A stretch of DNA of 38,842 bases from an uncultured Myxococcales bacterium (GCA_964440665.1 CAYTTF010000003.1:1-38842), one strand, 5' to 3'; positions 1 to 9,498 are shown, counted from the stretch's first letter. Numbers and translations: made by a program. Notes: generated from the sequence alone by a model not told the origin.

Positions 1-1
1 G

Positions 2-2995
2 ATCGCGCCGTATGCGGGCGCCGCGACCGGCTCGGGTGGCGAGATCCGCGACGAAGGCGCGACCGGGAGGGGCGGTCGACCCAAGGCGGGGCTTTCGGGA
101 TTTTCCGTCTCGAATCTGCGCCTGCCCGGCGGCCCTCGCCCGTGGGAGCGCACCATCGGCAAGCCGGATCGGATCGCCAGCGCGCTCGAGATCATGATCG
201 AGGGGCCGATCGGTGCCGCCGCCTTCAACAACGAGTTTGGCCGGCCCAATCTATGCGGTTATTTTCGCACCTTCGAGCTGGAGGTAGACGGCGCCGCGGG
301 GCGCGAGGTTCGCGGTTACCACAAACCGATCATGGTAGCGGGCGGCTTCGGCAGCATTCGAGCCGACCAGGTGGACAAGGCCGAGATTCCGGCGGGCGCG
401 CCGATCGTGGTGCTGGGTGGACCGGCCATGTTGATCGGGCTCGGGGGCGGCGCCGCCTCGTCGCTCGCCTCGGGCGCCTCCCAGGAGGATCTCGATTTCG
501 CCTCGGTGCAACGGGACAACGCCGAGATGCAGCGGCGATGCCAGGAGGTGATCGACCGGTGCGCGGCGCTCGGCGACGATAGCCCCATCCTGTCGATCCA
601 CGACGTGGGTGCCGGGGGCCTGTCCAACGCGCTGCCGGAGCTGGTCCACGGGAGCGAGCGCGGCGGGCTGTTCGCGCTGCGCGACATCCCCACCGCCGAA
701 CGTGGGCTGTCGCCGCTCGAGCTGTGGTGCAACGAGGCGCAAGAACGCTACGTGCTGGCCATTGCGCCCGATCGGCTGGAGGCGTTCGCGGCACTTTGCG
801 CCCGCGAGCGCTGCCCGCAGGCGGTCGTCGGCCACGCCACCGACGACGGTCGGCTGGTGGTCGAGGACGCGCTCGCAAGCGAACGCGCCATCGATCTGCC
901 GGTCGGGGTTCTCTTCGGCAAACCGCCGCGGATGACCCGACAGGTCGAGCGGCGCCGGGCGGCGACCGCGGCGTTTTCGACCGACCGGATCGATCTCGGC
1001 GAGGCCGTGCGGCGGGTGCTGCGCCTGCCGACCGTCGCCGACAAGACCTTCCTCATCACGATCGGCGACCGCACCGTCGGGGGCCTGTCTGCCCGCGATC
1101 AGATGGTCGGGCGCTGGCAGGTGCCGGTGGCCGACGCCGCGATAACCACCACGGGCTTCGACGTGACCACCGGCGAGGCGATGGCGATGGGCGAGCGCGG
1201 GCCGGTGGCGCTCCTCGACGCGGCGGCCTCCGCCCGTCTGGCCGTCGCGGAGGCGATCACGAACATCGCGTCGGCGCCGATCGCGCGCCTCTCCGACATC
1301 AAGCTCTCCGCCAACTGGATGGCGGCCGCCGGCCATCCGGGCGAGGACGCGCATCTCTACGACGCCGTCCGCGCAGTCGGCCTGGAGCTCTGCCCGGCGC
1401 TGGGAATCGCGATTCCGGTCGGCAAGGATTCGATGTCGATGTCGACGACCTGGGAGAGCGGCGGCCAACCTCGCAGCGTCATCGCGCCGATGTCGCTCAT
1501 CGTCAGCGCCTTCGCGCCGGTCACCGACGTGCGGCGTGCGCTGACGCCCGAGATCCCCGCCGACGCCGGGCCGACGGAGCTGCTGCTGATAGATCTCGGC
1601 CTCGGGAAGAATCGCCTGGGGGGCTCGGCCCTGGCGCAGGTGTACGGCGCGCTCGGCTCGATCCCGCCGGATCTCGACGATCCGGCGCTCCTGGCTGGGT
1701 TCTTCGCGGCGATCCAGGAGCTCGGCGAGGCGGAGCTGCTCTGCGCCTATCACGATCGCAGCGACGGGGGACTCCTGGTCACGCTGCTCGAGATCGCCTT
1801 CGCGAGCGGCCTCGGCCTCGACCTCGAGGTGGCGCCGCTGGGCGCAGATCCGATCGCGGCGTTGTTTTCCGAGGAGCTCGGTGCGGTGGTCGCGGTGCGC
1901 GCTCCGGATCTCGACCGCGTTCTGGGCGTGTTCGCGCGACGGGGGTTGGCGGCCGCGGTCCGGCGGCTCGGCGCCCCGCGCCCAGAGGATCGGGTCGTCT
2001 TCAGACGGAGTGGTAACACTATCTTCGACGAGCGGCGCAGCTTCTTGCGTGGCGTCTGGTCGGACACCACCCACGCGCTGCAGGCCTTGCGTGACGATCC
2101 GACCTGCGCCGACGAGGAGCAGGCCGGCCGGGTCCGCGCCAACAGCCCGGGCCTTTCGGTGCAGCTCAGCTTCGATCTCGACGAGGACGTCGCCGCGCCG
2201 ATCTGCGCCCGCGCCGGGTCCCGTCCGCGCGTCGCCATCCTGCGCGAGCAGGGAGTCAACGGCCAGATCGAGATGGCGGCCGCCTTCGATCGCGCCGGCT
2301 TCGAAGCGGTCGACGTGCACATGAGCGATCTGCTGGGCGGCTATCTCGATCTGCGCGGTTTCAAGGGGCTGGCAGCCTGCGGCGGGTTTTCCTACGGCGA
2401 CGTTCTCGGCGCGGGGCTCGGCTGGGCCAAGTCGATTCTCTTTCAGGCGCGCGCGCGGGATCTCTTCGCCGCCTTCTTCGCGCGCCCCGATACCTTCACG
2501 CTCGGCGTCTGCAACGGCTGTCAGATGTTGTCGGCGTGCAAGGAGATCATCCCGGGCGCGGCGGCCTGGCCGCGCTTCGTGCGAAACCGCAGCGATCAGT
2601 TCGAGGCCCGCCTTTCGCTGGTGGAGGTGGCCAAGACCTCGTCGGTGGTGTTGGCCGGGATGGCGGGCTCGCGGATTCCGATCTCCGTCGCGCACGGAGA
2701 AGGGCGCGTCGAATTCTCGTCGGAGGCGGCTCGCAACCAGCTGGAATCCGCCGATCTCGTCGCCGCCCGCTTCGTCGATCCCCAGGGCCGCGCAACCGAG
2801 CGTTACCCGGAGAACCCCAACGGCTCCCCGCACGGCATCACGGCCTTCACGACCACCGACGGTCGGGTCACGCTCTTCATGCCCCACCCCGAGCGGGTCT
2901 TTCGCGCCGTCCAATATTCCTGGCGGCCCCGGGGCTGGCGCGAGGACGGCCCCTGGATGCGCCTGTTTCGCAACGCGCGCGTGTGGGTCGGATAG
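2..2995 (+). CDS. purL: Phosphoribosylformylglycinamidine (FGAM) synthase, single-chain large PurL; 5' end lies outside the window
   Basis: Frame is open from base 2. My translation of 2-193 reads [43 protein letters not shown], the PurL nucleotide-site signature, and runs into listed ORF 194..2995. The C-terminal part has glutamine amidotransferase motifs ([17 protein letters not shown]). Stop TAG at 2993-2995. Confidence 0.95.
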   Translation: MAPYAGAATGSGGEIRDEGATGRGGRPKAGLSGFSVSNLRLPGGPRPWERTIGKPDRIASALEIMIEGPIGAAAFNNEFGRPNLCGYFRTFELEVDGAAGREVRGYHKPIMVAGGFGSIRADQVDKAEIPAGAPIVVLGGPAMLIGLGGGAASSLASGASQEDLDFASVQRDNAEMQRRCQEVIDRCAALGDDSPILSIHDVGAGGLSNALPELVHGSERGGLFALRDIPTAERGLSPLELWCNEAQERYVLAIAPDRLEAFAALCARERCPQAVVGHATDDGRLVVEDALASERAIDLPVGVLFGKPPRMTRQVERRRAATAAFSTDRIDLGEAVRRVLRLPTVADKTFLITIGDRTVGGLSARDQMVGRWQVPVADAAITTTGFDVTTGEAMAMGERGPVALLDAAASARLAVAEAITNIASAPIARLSDIKLSANWMAAAGHPGEDAHLYDAVRAVGLELCPALGIAIPVGKDSMSMSTTWESGGQPRSVIAPMSLIVSAFAPVTDVRRALTPEIPADAGPTELLLIDLGLGKNRLGGSALAQVYGALGSIPPDLDDPALLAGFFAAIQELGEAELLCAYHDRSDGGLLVTLLEIAFASGLGLDLEVAPLGADPIAALFSEELGAVVAVRAPDLDRVLGVFARRGLAAAVRRLGAPRPEDRVVFRRSGNTIFDERRSFLRGVWSDTTHALQALRDDPTCADEEQAGRVRANSPGLSVQLSFDLDEDVAAPICARAGSRPRVAILREQGVNGQIEMAAAFDRAGFEAVDVHMSDLLGGYLDLRGFKGLAACGGFSYGDVLGAGLGWAKSILFQARARDLFAAFFARPDTFTLGVCNGCQMLSACKEIIPGAAAWPRFVRNRSDQFEARLSLVEVAKTSSVVLAGMAGSRIPISVAHGEGRVEFSSEAARNQLESADLVAARFVDPQGRATERYPENPNGSPHGITAFTTTDGRVTLFMPHPERVFRAVQYSWRPRGWREDGPWMRLFRNARVWVG

Positions 2996-3010
2996 GGCGC
3001 CGGCACTGCC

Positions 3011-3526
3011 TCAGGGCGTTGGGCAGGCGCGTTTGTCGATGGGGAACCAGAGGGTGGTCGTCTCGGCGCAGGCCTTGGCCTGGCGCTCCGCCATCCGCTT
3101 GCCCCACTTGGAAGGCGCGTTGAGCTTGACCGGGAGGCACTTGCGTTCCGGATCGCACGAATAGGCCGCCCAGCCTTCGCTTTCACCGACACCGAGCGCG
3201 ATGACGGTGACCGGACCGATGGAGGCCATCGGCACGGCGAGCACGTACGACTTACCGAGCTCGGGATATCCTTTCTCGAGCACGCTGGCGGTGCACTTGC
3301 GGGTGTCCTCGACGGTCACCTCCTTGGCGGTGATCCCCTGGCCGCCGCGGTCGATGCAGGGCTGCGCGCCGCGCATGGGCCAGCTCTCCAATCCGAGTGC
3401 TTTGTTCGCGGCGACGATCGCCTCGGTCATCTCCTTGGCCACCGCCGGTGAGAGCTTCCCCGGCGTCGGCGTTCCCGCGCCGGCCGCCGCCAAGAGGCCC
3501 GCCGCGAAAACAGCAGTCGTGATCAT
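3011..3526 (-). CDS. Hypothetical secreted protein (171 aa, N-terminal hydrophobic signal-like segment, six Cys)
   Basis: Listed ORF. N-terminus MITTAVFAAGLLAAAGAG looks like a signal peptide. Composition is balanced, unlike the Arg/Gly/Pro-rich antisense frames. It lies 37 nt downstream of the hybrid kinase on the same strand. No family recognised. Confidence 0.55.
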   Translation of the reverse strand: MITTAVFAAGLLAAAGAGTPTPGKLSPAVAKEMTEAIVAANKALGLESWPMRGAQPCIDRGGQGITAKEVTVEDTRKCTASVLEKGYPELGKSYVLAVPMASIGPVTVIALGVGESEGWAAYSCDPERKCLPVKLNAPSKWGKRMAERQAKACAETTTLWFPIDKRACPTP

Positions 3527-3563
3527 GCGGGCGAGTCTAGTGGATCGGCAGCGACGCGGGAAA

Positions 3564-5186
3564 TTACTGCTCGATCTCGACGTTGCGCGCCAAGGCCTCT
3601 TCGACGAGCTGTCGGAGCCGTGCGGTATCGATCGGTTTGTCGATTCTGCGGTTGGGCGTCGTTTCCAGAAATTCGCGCGCGCCGGGGGTGAACGCGCCGC
3701 CGCTCATGAACACCACCCGCGCGGCGACCGCCGGGAAGGATCGAGACAGCTCGGCGTGAAAGTCCATGCCGGTCATTTCGGGCATCATGAGATCGCAGAG
3801 GATGAGGTCGAAGGACTCGCCGGCTGCGACGCGACCGAGCGCCTCGCTGGCGCGGGTCACCACGGTAACCCGGTGCGGCGCCAGGAGTCGTTGCAGGACC
3901 CGGCCCAGCGCCGGCTCGTCCTCGATCACCAGCACGGTTCCGGTCCTTCCGGCCTCCGGCACAACCCCCGAGACCGCGGGCATCTCGATGGTCCGACCGG
4001 AGCGCGCGCGACGGAGGGCGACGCGAAAGGTGGTCCCTTCGCCCAGGCGGCTCTGGACCTCGATGCGTCCGTCCATCGCGGTGAGGATCCGGTGGCAGAT
4101 CGCGAGCCCGAGGCCGGTGCCCACGCCGATCGGTTTGGTGGTGAAGAAGACGTCGAAGATCCGGGGCAGCACCTCGGCCGCGATTCCGGCCCCGGTGTCG
4201 GCGATGTCGATGGTGACCATTCCATCTTCGCTCGCCGTCGTGATGGTGATTGTGTTGAGGTCGGTCCGACCGTCGGGGATGGCCTGGGCCGCATTGACGA
4301 GGAGGTTCAAGAAGACCTGCCCCAGGCGCGCCTCGTTGGCGTCGACCAGCGGTACGGTTCCGAAGCGGCGCACCACCTTGGCGCGGTGGCGCAGCTCGTT
4401 GCGTGCCATCCGGATCGACGACTCGATTACCTTGTGGACGTCGACCGGCTCGCGCCGATCCTCCTCGGGGCGTGAAAAGACCCGCAGGTCGCGCACGATC
4501 ATCCGCACCCGCTCGGCCGCTTCCTCGGCGTCGGAGGTCGCGGCGCGGAGCGAGGCCACCGCAGAGGCCACCCGCTCCATCGGCCCGCCCAGCGTCCCGC
4601 GCGCTTCGGGCGGCAGGCCCTCCAACTCGGCCGCGATGGCCTCGGCATCCTGGCGAACGACCTGCAGGTTTCCCGCCACCACCGACAGCGGGTTGTTGAT
4701 CTCGTGCGCGACGCCCGCCGCCAACGTTCCCACAGATGCCATCCGATCGGAGATGAGCAGCTGCTCCTGAATCTTGCGCCGCTCGGCCCGCATCGCCGAC
4801 TCGCGCAGCTCGCGCTCGATGGCGGCGACCAGTCGGCCGAGGTGCCCTTTGAGCAGAAAATCGTGGACCCCCGTGCGCATCGCCGTGACGGCCACTTCTT
4901 CACCCACGGTCCCAGATACGATGATAAAGGGGATGTCCAGGTTCAGCGAGCGGACGATCGCGAAGGCGTCGGGCGCGCTCAGCTGGGGCATCGAATAGTC
5001 TGAGATGATCACGTCCCAGCTGTCGTTGGTCAGCGTGGCGGTCAGGTCGGCGACGGTTTGCACCCGCCGCGTGATCGGCTCATAGCCGCCCCGGCGTAGC
5101 TCACGCATGATCAGCTCGGCGTCGTCGACATTGTCTTCGACGAGAAGTGCCCGGAGCGGTCTCTGATAGGGGGGTGGGATCGACAC
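3564..5186 (-). CDS. Hybrid sensor histidine kinase / response regulator (REC-HisKA-HATPase-REC)
   Basis: N-terminal receiver (LLVEDNVDDAELI..., VIISDYSMPQLS). H-box GVAHEINNPLS. N/G boxes (NLLVNAAQA, DTGAGI, GTGLGLAI). C-terminal receiver (VLVIEDEP..., LILCDLMMPEMTG). The start is GTG at 5184-5186. Confidence 0.9.
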   Translation of the reverse strand: MSIPPPYQRPLRALLVEDNVDDAELIMRELRRGGYEPITRRVQTVADLTATLTNDSWDVIISDYSMPQLSAPDAFAIVRSLNLDIPFIIVSGTVGEEVAVTAMRTGVHDFLLKGHLGRLVAAIERELRESAMRAERRKIQEQLLISDRMASVGTLAAGVAHEINNPLSVVAGNLQVVRQDAEAIAAELEGLPPEARGTLGGPMERVASAVASLRAATSDAEEAAERVRMIVRDLRVFSRPEEDRREPVDVHKVIESSIRMARNELRHRAKVVRRFGTVPLVDANEARLGQVFLNLLVNAAQAIPDGRTDLNTITITTASEDGMVTIDIADTGAGIAAEVLPRIFDVFFTTKPIGVGTGLGLAICHRILTAMDGRIEVQSRLGEGTTFRVALRRARSGRTIEMPAVSGVVPEAGRTGTVLVIEDEPALGRVLQRLLAPHRVTVVTRASEALGRVAAGESFDLILCDLMMPEMTGMDFHAELSRSFPAVAARVVFMSGGAFTPGAREFLETTPNRRIDKPIDTARLRQLVEEALARNVEIEQ

Positions 5187-5291
5187 GACCTGATAGCGAT
5201 TACGCCCGAGGTTTATCTCCTCAGGCCCCCCATTAATGAAGCTAACGCTCTTGGCCCGGCCGTGTCAAAACCCCAACCGCGCACAAAGCCA

Positions 5292-5332
5292 AACCTGGGA
5301 ACCGTCGTCGGAATAGAACGAACCTGGAACCG
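5292..5332. repeat. Direct repeat AACCTGG(G)AACCG x2, 29 bp apart, upstream of the hybrid kinase gene
   Basis: AACCTGGGAACCG at 5292-5304 and AACCTGGAACCG at 5321-5332, read directly. They sit about 105-145 nt upstream of the GTG at 5186. Function unknown. Confidence 0.4.
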
Positions 5333-5412
5333 CCAGGGGAGCGTAGCGCGGCTTTGCCGCGCGGAGCGAAGTGGGGGGCCGCGAGCGGCGGCGAGCCGGC
5401 CCCCCATCTAAT

Positions 5413-5445
5413 AAAAAAACCCCCGACCGCTTGCGCAGTCGGGGG
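5413..5445 (-). terminator. Rho-independent terminator downstream of the small secreted-peptide gene
   Basis: On the minus strand: stem CCCCCGAC (5445-5438), 10-nt loop, stem GTCGGGGG (5427-5420), followed directly by TTTTTTT (5419-5413). Confidence 0.75.
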
Positions 5446-5465
5446 CGTTAAGACTTAAGAACTGA

Positions 5466-5491
5466 CTGGCGAGCCCCGAAGGCCTCGCCGG
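5466..5491 (-). terminator. GC-rich hairpin immediately 3' of the small-peptide stop codon (possible first terminator or stabiliser)
   Basis: CTGGCGAG (5466-5473) pairs with CTCGCCGG (5484-5491), one G-U pair. No clean U-tract follows. Confidence 0.35.
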
Positions 5492-5502
5492 GCCAGGATG
5501 TG

Positions 5503-5685
5503 TTACTTGGCGGCCTTGTCGTCGGCCTTTTTGTCGTCCCCGTCAGCCTTCTTGCTCTTCTTGGACTTCTTCTCCTTCTTGGCCGGCTCGGCGTCGCCAG
5601 CGGGGGCGTCGGCGGCCTTGGCGATGGTCCAAGAGGTCGGGAGGAGAACGGCGAGGGCGAGGAAGATCGAACGAACGAGCTTCAT
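5503..5685 (-). CDS. Small secreted Lys/Asp-rich protein (60 aa precursor; signal peptide plus about 36-aa highly charged, low-complexity mature part)
   Basis: Internal ATG of listed ORF 5503..5760, chosen because AGGAG (5696-5692 on the minus strand) sits 6 nt upstream. Product: MKLVRSIFLALAVLLPTSWTIAKA/ADAPAGDAEPAKKEKKSKKSKKADGDDKKADDKAAK. Stop TAA at 5503-5505, followed by two hairpins. Confidence 0.6.
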   Translation of the reverse strand: MKLVRSIFLALAVLLPTSWTIAKAADAPAGDAEPAKKEKKSKKSKKADGDDKKADDKAAK

Positions 5686-5750
5686 GGGTGACTCCTGATT
5701 TGGGTTTGAATGCGCCCAGCCTGAAGGGCTTGACGCGTCGGAAACGACGA

Positions 5751-5766
5751 TGCAGCGCACATGCCA
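5751..5766 (-). promoter_or_regulatory. Candidate sigma-54 (-24/-12) promoter for the small secreted-peptide gene
   Basis: Minus strand reads TGGCAT-GTGCG-CTGCA, against the remembered consensus TGGCAC-N5-TTGC(A/T). GG-to-GC spacing is exactly 12 nt. It lies about 65 nt upstream of the ATG at 5685. Pattern match by eye only. Confidence 0.55.
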
Positions 5767-5969
5767 TCATCCAAGTTCCCGGGCGCTCGTGCTGAAATAA
5801 GCAATTTCATATAGTTGGGAAGCCTTGGGGCAGAGGGGAGAAGGCCACGTGGGGCGTTATTGCCTTCGGTCGATGCGCACCTGTGGCGAACCGCCTCACA
5901 TGTGTCACATTGGCGTTGAGATCTCTGGCGTAGATCGGCCAGGCGGGCGCGGTCCGGATCCCGCCGGGC

Positions 5970-6440
5970 CTACTTGCTCGGCGCGGTCAGGATAGCAATG
6001 TGGCTGGCCCCGGCCTTTTTTGCGGTGGACATGATGTCGACCGCCGCGCCCAGCAGAACGCTCTTGTCGCCCCGGATGAGAAGGGTCTCGGAGCCGACCT
6101 CGGCAAGTGCCTTTCGGATTTCAGATTCGAGATTGGTCGCATCCACCTTGTGAGACCCGAGGTAGAGCTCGTTGCTCTTCGTAACCGTGAGGACCGGGTC
6201 GCTGTGTCGTTGCGAGACCGGCCCGGCGGCGTTCGCCTTCGGCAAGACCACCTTCATTCCAGCCCGCGACGCGACCTCGGACTCGACCAGTGCGGTCGAC
6301 GTGACCATGAAGATGATCAGGAGAACCAGAAATACGTCGGTGAGCGGCGTGATGTTGATTTCCGCGACGACCGTCTCGTTTCCGACATCGGCGTCGTCGC
6401 CGTGGGCGCCGCCGTCGTCGAGCTGAACGTTCATCCCCAT
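5970..6440 (-). CDS. exbD: ExbD/TolR-family biopolymer transport protein
   Basis: 156 aa with a single N-terminal TM helix carrying the conserved Asp (INITPLTDVFLVLLIIFMV) and a periplasmic domain (VVLPKANA...LYLG...LLIRGDK). Sits 9 nt downstream of exbB. Confidence 0.9.
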   Translation of the reverse strand: MGMNVQLDDGGAHGDDADVGNETVVAEINITPLTDVFLVLLIIFMVTSTALVESEVASRAGMKVVLPKANAAGPVSQRHSDPVLTVTKSNELYLGSHKVDATNLESEIRKALAEVGSETLLIRGDKSVLLGAAVDIMSTAKKAGASHIAILTAPSK

Positions 6441-6449
6441 GCGACGTTC

Positions 6450-7115
6450 TCAGGGCGCGGCCGTGGAGACGTCGGCGGCTGCCGTCGGGCGCGGCTTGCC
6501 GTGCTCACTGAGCGCCGCCAGGAACTCCTCGGAATAGAGGCGGTACTGCATCGCGATGCCATTGATGCGCGAGACGAAGTAGTTGTAGGCGATGACCGCA
6601 TAGATCGCGACCATGAGGCCGGCCGCCGTGGCGACCAGCGCGGCCGCGATCCCCTGCGACACGACCTTGAAACCGCCGGTCCCGGCCACGGACATCGACT
6701 GGAAGGCCTTCAAGATACCGACGACCGTACCGAATAGCCCGACGAAGGGCGCCGACGATCCCACCGTTCCCAGCGCCCAGAGGTAGCGCTTGAGGGACAG
6801 GACCGTCGCGCTTCGCTGCGAAGTGACCGCCTCGGTGGTCTTGCTCGGCGTCTTCTGGAAGATCTGCAGCCCGCGTTCGAAGACATCGGCCAGAGGAACC
6901 TGCGACATCTCGGCAAGCGCCGAGGCCTTGCCGAGATCGCCGTGCTCCAGCGCGTCGATCACCCGATTCTTAAACGCCTCCGATTTTGGGATCACGTTCC
7001 ACAAGGCGTAGAAGCGCTCACAGATGACCGCCAGTCCCGCCATTGACCAGGCCAGGAGCAGGGAAAGAATGAGCCATTCGTCACGAACGAGGTTGCGGAT
7101 GGTTTCCCAGGACAT
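6450..7115 (-). CDS. exbB: MotA/TolQ/ExbB-family proton channel protein
   Basis: 221 aa, three TM segments. Characteristic SSAPFVGLFGTVVGILKAF motif, followed by the GIAAALVATAAGLMVAI helix. Confidence 0.9.
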   Translation of the reverse strand: MSWETIRNLVRDEWLILSLLLAWSMAGLAVICERFYALWNVIPKSEAFKNRVIDALEHGDLGKASALAEMSQVPLADVFERGLQIFQKTPSKTTEAVTSQRSATVLSLKRYLWALGTVGSSAPFVGLFGTVVGILKAFQSMSVAGTGGFKVVSQGIAAALVATAAGLMVAIYAVIAYNYFVSRINGIAMQYRLYSEEFLAALSEHGKPRPTAAADVSTAAP

Positions 7116-7191
7116 GCGCCGCGGAGCATAGCGTGGAAACGCACCAGGTGCCCGCTACGGACCGGCCGCGTCTCCCCATATACTGGCGGCT

Positions 7192-9498
7192 ATGACGACC
7201 TCTCCGGTGGAGGTGCCTCGGCAAGCCGTCGCCGGCGATCGGCGGTTCGGTTTCGTCGGCCGGCTGGTCGCGACCGAGGCGGCGCTGACCTTGGCCGAAG
7301 TCGTCCTGGTGGTGGCGCCGACGCTGGCGCTGGCCGCTCAATCTCTGCGGGCCAGCGGTGAATCGTTCCGCGTCGGCGCGATGTTGGCGGCTTTGATGAT
7401 CGTCGGCTGGGTGCGCGCCGCCGATCTTCTGCGTCCGACGATCGCCACCCGTGACGCGAAGCGGGCCGGACGGGCTCTCGGCGAAGCGGAGATCGCCGCC
7501 ACCGATCGGGCGATCCGGCGTGCGCCGGGCGAGGTCGCGCTGACGCGGTGGCTGCTCTGGTCGGCCGCCGTGGTGTACATCGCCGTGCGCCTCGCCACGC
7601 GTGGATTTCTGGCCTGGCCCTCGGCGGTGGGACTGGCCTGCATTGGCGTTCTGCACGCGGGGGGCACCGCCGCGGCCCGTGCAGCGCTTTGGGAGAGGCG
7701 CCTCGACCGCGCCCGGCGCCTCATCTTGCCGAACTTCGATGCGCTGCGCAGTTTCGCGAGCGGCTACCGCCGCTGGCTCTGCCAGAGCGCCTGGGCGCTG
7801 CTCGCGGTCACCCATGCCACCAACGCCGCTCTGATCGCGGTCTTCACCGAGCTGTCGTCGGCGCAGTCGGGCACGCTGCTCGCTCTGACGGTGCCGGCGC
7901 TGGTCCTGCCCATGCTGGTCTGGTACCGATCGCTCCGCCGTCGAACCCTCCCGATCGAACGTTACTTCGATGTCGCGGTGCGCCGGCCGCCGTCGCGCGG
8001 CCCCGCGCGTGAAGATCCGGATGCGGTGGCCGCGTTCCGCGCGGCGCAGGGGCTGCCCTACCGGCTGGCCGGCTATCAGGTGCTCGCCTGCGCGTTCGCG
8101 GTGGTCGCGGTGGTCGTGGTCGGGCGTCGCTTTTGTGGCTTCGATGCGGCGACCGCGGGACGGCTCCTCGGTTCGAGCGGGCTCATGCTGCTCGCCATGG
8201 GGCTCTACGAAACGTTGTTGTTGCGAGACGTTCTTCGGCCCCTGCTCGGGCAACTGGGGGCTCGGCATCGCCTGCCCGTCGCCGAGATCCGCGCGCCGAT
8301 TACCCTGCGGGCGAAGCTGGTTTTCTTTCTCGGAAGCGTCACCGTCTTCACGTCCGGCCTGGTGTTGCTGTTCGCCCTTTCGCCGAGTCAGGCTCGGTCG
8401 ACCATGCTGGGATCGATCGCGCTGGCGCTGGCGCTGGCGCTGGGGTTGGTGCACCTCATCGTGCGCGACATGGTGACGCCGGTGGTTGCCCTCGAGGAGC
8501 GTGCGGATGAGATGGCGCGCGGTGAGCTGGCCCGCCCGGTGCCCCCGTCCGGGGAGGCAGACGAGATCGGCCGCCTCTCCTTCGCTTTCGAGGAGATGCG
8601 GCGCGCGTTGCGTGACAAGTTGCGCTCGACCGAGTCGCTCAACATCGATCTCGAACGGGAGGTTCGGCGGCGAACCGAGGTGCTCGAACAGCGCAACCTC
8701 GAGCTTCACGACGCGCTCGAGAAATTGCGGCGCGCGCAAGACGATCTGGTCCGCTCGGAGAAGCTCGCGTCGATGGGGCGTCTGGTCGCCGGGATCGCGC
8801 ACGAGATCAACAATCCGGTCAACGCCGTCATCAACACCCTGGGGCCGCTCGAAGAGGCGCTGCAGACCCTGGTCGCAGCGCCGAACAGCGAGGCGGCGGC
8901 GCGGGCCGCGACCGATGCCGGGGAGATGTTGCGCGTCGTTCAGCGCGGCGCCGCGCGCAGCAAGGCGATCGTGCAGGCGCTGCACAACTACTCGCGGGGC
9001 GACGAACAACGCCCGCGCGAGCTCAGCCTGGCCCGGAGCGTGGACGACACGCTCGATCTTCTGCGCCACCATCTCCGAAACGTGCGCGTCGAGAAACAGA
9101 TCGACCCCGACCTGCGGATCACCGGGTTCCCGGGCCAGATCGATCAGGTGTTCATGAATCTCATCACCAACGCCGCGCAAGCCGTCGGGGAGCGCGAGCC
9201 CGGCGGCACGATTCGCGTGGCGGTGGCCGCGCGCGCGGACGATGTCGAGATCACGGTGTCGGACGACGGCCCAGGAATCGCCGCCGAGGTGATTCCCCGC
9301 ATCTTCGATCCGTTCTTCACGACCAAGGATGTCGGCGAAGGATCGGGCCTCGGTCTTTCGATCGTGCACGGCATCGTCGATCGCCACGGCGGTCGCATCG
9401 AAGTGCAAAGCCGCGTGGGGGAGGGGACGACCTTCCGGATCACCCTGCCGGCTCGAGGGCCCCAGAAGGGGCCACCGATTGGCGATCAGAGCACGTGA
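7192..9498 (+). CDS. Polytopic membrane sensor histidine kinase (about 9-10 TM helices, HAMP, HisKA, HATPase)
   Basis: The N-terminal ~400 aa are a run of hydrophobic helices with no sensor domain I recognise. HAMP-like segment (PVVALEERADEMARGEL...IGRLSFAFEEM). H-box GIAHEINNPVNAV. N/G boxes (NLITNAAQA, DDGPGI, GSGLGLSI). Confidence 0.9.
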   Translation: MTTSPVEVPRQAVAGDRRFGFVGRLVATEAALTLAEVVLVVAPTLALAAQSLRASGESFRVGAMLAALMIVGWVRAADLLRPTIATRDAKRAGRALGEAEIAATDRAIRRAPGEVALTRWLLWSAAVVYIAVRLATRGFLAWPSAVGLACIGVLHAGGTAAARAALWERRLDRARRLILPNFDALRSFASGYRRWLCQSAWALLAVTHATNAALIAVFTELSSAQSGTLLALTVPALVLPMLVWYRSLRRRTLPIERYFDVAVRRPPSRGPAREDPDAVAAFRAAQGLPYRLAGYQVLACAFAVVAVVVVGRRFCGFDAATAGRLLGSSGLMLLAMGLYETLLLRDVLRPLLGQLGARHRLPVAEIRAPITLRAKLVFFLGSVTVFTSGLVLLFALSPSQARSTMLGSIALALALALGLVHLIVRDMVTPVVALEERADEMARGELARPVPPSGEADEIGRLSFAFEEMRRALRDKLRSTESLNIDLEREVRRRTEVLEQRNLELHDALEKLRRAQDDLVRSEKLASMGRLVAGIAHEINNPVNAVINTLGPLEEALQTLVAAPNSEAAARAATDAGEMLRVVQRGAARSKAIVQALHNYSRGDEQRPRELSLARSVDDTLDLLRHHLRNVRVEKQIDPDLRITGFPGQIDQVFMNLITNAAQAVGEREPGGTIRVAVAARADDVEITVSDDGPGIAAEVIPRIFDPFFTTKDVGEGSGLGLSIVHGIVDRHGGRIEVQSRVGEGTTFRITLPARGPQKGPPIGDQST

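Noticed and set aside
5300-5345. GGTTCG-containing stretch on the minus strand considered as a tRNA T-arm.
   Set aside because: No complementary 5-bp stem flanks the putative T-loop, and no acceptor or anticodon arms could be drawn.
5213-5407. 64-aa minus-strand ORF, and a 26-aa plus-strand ORF (5236..5316), in the spacer upstream of the hybrid kinase.
   Set aside because: No ribosome-binding site. The 64-aa product is Arg/Gly/Pro-rich and artefact-like. The region is better explained by hairpins and repeats. Still, small proteins cannot be excluded without expression data.
5503-5760. Longer 85-aa version of the small secreted peptide, starting at 5760 (MRCIVVSDASS...).
   Set aside because: It would place 25 non-hydrophobic residues before the signal peptide and overlap the sigma-54 promoter match. 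The internal ATG at 5685 has a well-spaced AGGAG.
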